The notes under the pieces were generated by a model. It worked only from the letters and a program-made list of their open reading frames with translations. It was not told where the DNA came from and made no database searches. The position numbers were made by a program, and so were the translations under genes. 64,000 nucleotides of DNA, taken from IMG/VR virus record IMGVR_UViG_3300028734_000012, positions 64,001 to 128,000 of that record; one strand, given 5' to 3'. This document shows, piece by piece, positions 59,595-64,000 of this stretch. Every line of letters starts with the position of its first letter. Positions within the stretch are counted from its first letter, which is position 1. The stretch is from a virus.

Positions 59595-61235
59595 ATGTCA
59601 AGTACACATAAAACAGACAATGTGCCTTTAACACAGTATGTAGGTATAGATATCTTTAATCCACTAGAGGATTATAATGTTGATATGTTTAATATATCAA
59701 GTGCAATAGGTTGGATATATGATGATTTTGATGCATTAGACAATAAGTATCCATTAAAAACTGTTGAAGATATTACATATTATGTTTCTAAAGGGACTGG
59801 ATTAGATGATGAAAATGACGGATTAACTTCTGACACAGCATTTTATAGTATAGCTAAAGCAATAAGTATGATTCCTCAAATTGTGAATCATAATGTAACT
59901 ATTAATGTTGCCGCAGGAACTTACATAGAAGATGTCACACTCGAAGGATTTGTAGGTAAAGGGACGATTACATTAAAAGGTTGCGAAGCTTTAGGTTCAC
60001 CAACGGAGTATAAAGTTAATAGCGTATTAGTACAAAGATGTACAGTATTAGTTTCAGTAATTGGTTTAAATGCTGTGTCTTTTAAAACAGGGTTTGGTTC
60101 ATTTACTTCAACCCTATGTTCAGAAGTGTATATTAATACATGTATATCTACATATATAGATGCAACAAAACCTCATTTTGGTATTTTATCATGGGGTTCA
60201 ATCACATATGTAATTAATAGTACATTTTCAAATTCTAATGGGATATACACAGGACTTGGTGGGACTTTATATTTAGAATCAGTATCTGGGACTAATAATC
60301 TTGTTGGTATTACTGTAGCTAATGGAAGTACAGCTATTAAGTCATTTGGTGTTATTATTACTGGCAACATAGACACCAGTATTCAAGCTGGAAGTCAAAT
60401 TATAGGTTCTGATGGTAAGTCTACAAGTGGTTATAGTCCTAATTTACTTATTAATGGAGACTTTAAGATTAATCAAAGAGCATTATCTAGTTATACAACT
60501 GCCAATGCTTATTCTGTTGATAGATGGTTAAATTATGGTGTTAGCACAACTATAACACCTATAACAAATGGATTGACAATTTCATGTTTGTCAACTAGTG
60601 ATAGCAATCTAATCATGCAATCAGTAGAAGATTATGCTAAGTTCTCTGGTAAGACTGTTACATTGTCAGTAAAATATAGTGCTTTGTCTTTAGGGACAAA
60701 TACTAAAATGACATTAGCTATTAGTGATGGCATTAGTATGTATTCTGTTGATACAACTCAATCAAGTGGTATCATTAGCGTTACGCATATACTTCCAAGT
60801 AATATTACAAAATTATGTGCGACACTGGTTAAATATGGAAACGGAACATCATTTTCAGTAAATGTAGAATGGGCTAAACTTGAATTAGGTTCTGTACCTA
60901 CACCTTTTGTTCCACGTCCAATAGCAGAAGAACTTGCAATGTGTAAGAGGTATTATGAATCATTTCTTTGTACTTCTATTGTTACGGATAACTCATATGG
61001 AACGTATCGCTACTGCTCTAGTATACCCTTGGTAGAGAAAAGAATATTTCCAACTCTAAAATTTGATTCAGCAAATATTCTTAATATTGTTATACTTAAT
61101 GCATCGCAAATTAGTTATGATAGTTCTGCTTCTAATAAATCATCAATACTTCCAACGGTTTTACAATCAGCTTTTACTACTACTGGAGCTAATGGGGTTA
61201 TTTTTATAGGTTCAGCAGATGCAGAAATTTATTAA
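59595..61235 (+). CDS. tail fibre / receptor-binding protein B (paralog of A)
   Basis: Same architecture and shared sequence blocks. Confidence 0.75.
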   Translation: MSSTHKTDNVPLTQYVGIDIFNPLEDYNVDMFNISSAIGWIYDDFDALDNKYPLKTVEDITYYVSKGTGLDDENDGLTSDTAFYSIAKAISMIPQIVNHNVTINVAAGTYIEDVTLEGFVGKGTITLKGCEALGSPTEYKVNSVLVQRCTVLVSVIGLNAVSFKTGFGSFTSTLCSEVYINTCISTYIDATKPHFGILSWGSITYVINSTFSNSNGIYTGLGGTLYLESVSGTNNLVGITVANGSTAIKSFGVIITGNIDTSIQAGSQIIGSDGKSTSGYSPNLLINGDFKINQRALSSYTTANAYSVDRWLNYGVSTTITPITNGLTISCLSTSDSNLIMQSVEDYAKFSGKTVTLSVKYSALSLGTNTKMTLAISDGISMYSVDTTQSSGIISVTHILPSNITKLCATLVKYGNGTSFSVNVEWAKLELGSVPTPFVPRPIAEELAMCKRYYESFLCTSIVTDNSYGTYRYCSSIPLVEKRIFPTLKFDSANILNIVILNASQISYDSSASNKSSILPTVLQSAFTTTGANGVIFIGSADAEIY

Positions 61236-61917
61236 AAAAGGAGAACTACAAATAATGGAAATTAATATACAAACACACAAAGCTTATGCTAGTGTAGATT
61301 CTAATAATATTGTAACTAAATTATTCTCTGATGTTTTTATACAACCAACTGATACGGACGTATTAATCATTGAAGGACAAGGAGATTCTGTAGTTTATAT
61401 ACAAAATAGTTATACATTGATGGATGAAAATCAATGTTATAATTATAAAATAGTTGATGGAAAAATAGTCACTAGAGATTTAGAAGAAAAACAATCTGAT
61501 GTTGATTATATAAATCGTGTGAAAATACAAAAATTACAAGAGATATCAAATGCTTGTGAGAAAACAGTATATGCAGGAACTGATGTGACTACATCTTTAG
61601 GTGTAGAACATTTTTCTTGTACTGCAAATGACCAAACTAACATTTCGGCTTCTGCTTCTGCCGTATTACAAGGGGCAACGCAAATCCCATATCATGCTGA
61701 TGGTAAATTATGTAGAGTATTTAGTGGTGAAGAAATCACTAATTTATATACAAGCGTTAAGTTATTTGTTACATATCAAGTTACATTCTGTAATCACTTA
61801 AATATTTGGATTAAACGTTGTACGACAATTGATGAATTGAACTCTATAACATATACTTCTAAACTCCCAAGTGATTTATTAGAAAATTTTAATACTATTA
61901 TGGGTATAGTAGAATAG
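61219..61917 (+). CDS. DUF4376-like tail fibre assembly protein
   Basis: HFS....DQTN....YHADG.LC. Confidence 0.6.
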   Translation: MQKFIKKGELQIMEINIQTHKAYASVDSNNIVTKLFSDVFIQPTDTDVLIIEGQGDSVVYIQNSYTLMDENQCYNYKIVDGKIVTRDLEEKQSDVDYINRVKIQKLQEISNACEKTVYAGTDVTTSLGVEHFSCTANDQTNISASASAVLQGATQIPYHADGKLCRVFSGEEITNLYTSVKLFVTYQVTFCNHLNIWIKRCTTIDELNSITYTSKLPSDLLENFNTIMGIVE

Positions 61918-61924
61918 AAAGAAT

Positions 61925-62344
61925 ATGAAAAAGTTATTCGAAAATTTAATTTTGTTTTTAATTGGTGGTAGCATTTATTTCTTTTCTGAATGTATATTCA
62001 GAGGTTATTCGTTTATGCCTATGTTTATCGTAGGCGGTATATCGTTTCTATGTATAGGAGCATTAAATAATACAGTGTTTAATTGGAACACACCTTTATT
62101 AATACAACAATTTATATCAATGCTTATTATTACTTCTTTAGAATTTGCAAGTGGTATGATATTGAACGTTTATATGGGATTAAATATGTGGGATTATTCT
62201 AACCAATGGGGGAACATTTATGGACAGATTTGTCCAAAATTTATGATAATCTGGTTCTTTGTTTCTCTTATTGGTATTATTTTAGATGATATTATTAGAT
62301 GGAAACTGTTTAAAGAAGAAAGACCGCATTATCAATTATTATGA
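61925..62344 (+). CDS. membrane protein (putative ABC-transporter type IV-like)
   Basis: Four TM helices; EF..G...N......WDYS....N..GQIC. Confidence 0.75.
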   Translation: MKKLFENLILFLIGGSIYFFSECIFRGYSFMPMFIVGGISFLCIGALNNTVFNWNTPLLIQQFISMLIITSLEFASGMILNVYMGLNMWDYSNQWGNIYGQICPKFMIIWFFVSLIGIILDDIIRWKLFKEERPHYQLL

Positions 62345-62362
62345 AAGAATAGGGGGTGTAAT

Positions 62363-63265
62363 ATGGTATTTTTAGGTAATTCATTTTTCTTAGGGCAAAA
62401 GTGTATGAGAACTACCCCATCAAGTATTTCTCATATTGTAAAAATTAAATTACAAAATGGTATGTTCGATGAAGTATATATTGGTAAGGATACAAATACA
62501 ACATATACAACAGATATAAATCCTACATGGGATTATAATACACTTTTACACGCATTTTTCAATGGTAATTTATATGCTGGTAATGTAGATTTCCAATTAT
62601 CACAAGTAAGTTCTATAAGAATAAAACGTAGAGTAACTGGTGAATATGAGTATACTACATTATTTGAGATACCTATTAAGGTAGAATCAGATTTACGTTT
62701 TACAAGATATGATAGATTAGCACAATCTGGAATACAGTATGATTACATAAGCGTTCCAGTACTAAATAACGTAGAAGGTAACTCTAGTGTTAAGAGCGTT
62801 TTAAGTCAATTTGAAGGTGTATTTATTGTTGGTAAAGACCAAACATTCAATACAATATTAAATGTTGCAATCACTTCACAAAAGAATAGACCATCTTCCA
62901 TTATCAATACAATAGATAGAAAATATCCATATGTTGTTTCTAATGGATTAAATAATTATTATAGCGGTACAACAACTGGTATGTTCTTAGAAACAGAAAC
63001 AGATAATTTCACATGGAAATATTATGATGGGTGGAAACATAGAGCCGATTTAATGGATTTTTTATGTGATGGTAAGCCTAAAATTCTAAAGCATTATGAT
63101 GGAAGAATTTGGATGATATCTGTTGTTGAAAATCCAACCGAAACAGTACAAGAACAAAATGATATTGTAATTACTTCATTTAACTGGACTGAAAGTGATG
63201 ATTATAATTCAACTAATGCGTTATATAATGGTGGGTTTATTGAAGTTAATGTTGAGGGGAGATGA
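62363..63265 (+). CDS. distal tail/baseplate protein
   Basis: Synteny; FL.DGKPKILK..DGRIW. Confidence 0.55.
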   Translation: MVFLGNSFFLGQKCMRTTPSSISHIVKIKLQNGMFDEVYIGKDTNTTYTTDINPTWDYNTLLHAFFNGNLYAGNVDFQLSQVSSIRIKRRVTGEYEYTTLFEIPIKVESDLRFTRYDRLAQSGIQYDYISVPVLNNVEGNSSVKSVLSQFEGVFIVGKDQTFNTILNVAITSQKNRPSSIINTIDRKYPYVVSNGLNNYYSGTTTGMFLETETDNFTWKYYDGWKHRADLMDFLCDGKPKILKHYDGRIWMISVVENPTETVQEQNDIVITSFNWTESDDYNSTNALYNGGFIEVNVEGR

Positions 63266-63271
63266 TAATCA

Positions 63272-64000
63272 ATGCCATATCAAGTACAGCAAGAAGACAT
63301 TAGATTATTAAAACAATCTCCAAAGACTAATTATGTTTCGTTAGAGTTACAAAATAACGTATTTAAAACAATAGATAAAATGGAAGGTCAACTTGTATCT
63401 GATTCATATACAATTGATGCAGATTCTGATATAAGAAGAACCTTTACACTTACATTAGTTGTAAGTGATTCAAGTTTTAACATAGGAGAAAATTCTAAAA
63501 TATGGTTGAATAAATATATTAAAATTACTATTGGTACTTTTAATTTAAGGACAGAATCAATCGTATGGTATCCCGTAGGTACATACCTATTTACAGATAC
63601 TAACTATAAATATGATTCAGTTTCTAATATATTAACATTAACTTGTGTAGATTTAATGAGTAAATTAACGGGATTAAGAAACGGGCAACTTACTGGTTTA
63701 ACTACCTCAATACCACAAGGTTCTGTACTTCGTGATACGATAATTTCAGTAATCACACAGTTAGGTGGATTCCCAAATTATAGAATTGAGGATGCTGGAA
63801 AACCAATACCATATGACTTGAATTTTTCAACTGGGGCAACTGTTTATGAAATTCTTACGACACTAAGAGACTTATATGCAGGATATGAAATGTTCTTTGA
63901 TATTGATAATGTGTTCGTATTTCAACCAATACCAACATGTAAAGATACAGATTATTTTTTAGTAGATACAGACTTAAAGGATTTAGTTATTTCAGAAGAA
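63272..64000 (+). CDS. baseplate hub/tail protein (partial, runs off the window)
   Basis: Open frame MPYQVQQEDI...IDADSDIRRT... to the window end. Confidence 0.65.
   Translation, partial: MPYQVQQEDIRLLKQSPKTNYVSLELQNNVFKTIDKMEGQLVSDSYTIDADSDIRRTFTLTLVVSDSSFNIGENSKIWLNKYIKITIGTFNLRTESIVWYPVGTYLFTDTNYKYDSVSNILTLTCVDLMSKLTGLRNGQLTGLTTSIPQGSVLRDTIISVITQLGGFPNYRIEDAGKPIPYDLNFSTGATVYEILTTLRDLYAGYEMFFDIDNVFVFQPIPTCKDTDYFLVDTDLKDLVISEE

Noticed and set aside
1-64000. Stop-codon reassignment (often linked to theta ribozymes)
   Set aside because: Long genes are intact under code 11, TAG and TGA end genes at sensible positions, and no suppressor tRNA is seen (Leu anticodon TAG and Ser anticodon TGA are ordinary)

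Overview
This 64-kb window is an AT-rich segment of a large tailed phage or prophage of Bacillota (Clostridia-like host inferred), organised like SPbeta. From left to right it contains: small leftward early genes and a RepL-like gene; a divergent sigma-A promoter pair; a YonO-like single-subunit RNA polymerase; PIN-PhoH, ClpP-like and HU genes; and a ~6-kb cluster of 17 tRNA genes with four free-standing homing endonucleases. Next come a displaced fibre / Cys-rich protein / radical-SAM-SPASM module, a DUF285/BspA repeat protein, the terminase-portal-head-tail operon (with a GT2-TPR glycosyltransferase, RuvC and a tyrosine recombinase inserted), a tape-measure gene split by a group I intron with an endonuclease ORF, and baseplate/fibre genes. 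The most notable unannotated content is in the tRNA spacers, which hold several RNA families. There are two HDV-like (theta) ribozymes directly behind the only two CCA-less tRNAs. A 98-nt three-way-junction/kissing-loop RNA, with covariation between its two copies, sequesters the RBS of two different HNH genes. Six copies of a covarying 'ACAGC' stem RNA and about six mini H-type pseudoknots resembling type III toxin-antitoxin antitoxin repeats are also present. Separately, a CXXX-repeat radical-SAM system appears to target a probable virion protein. All calls were made by eye; no searches were run.
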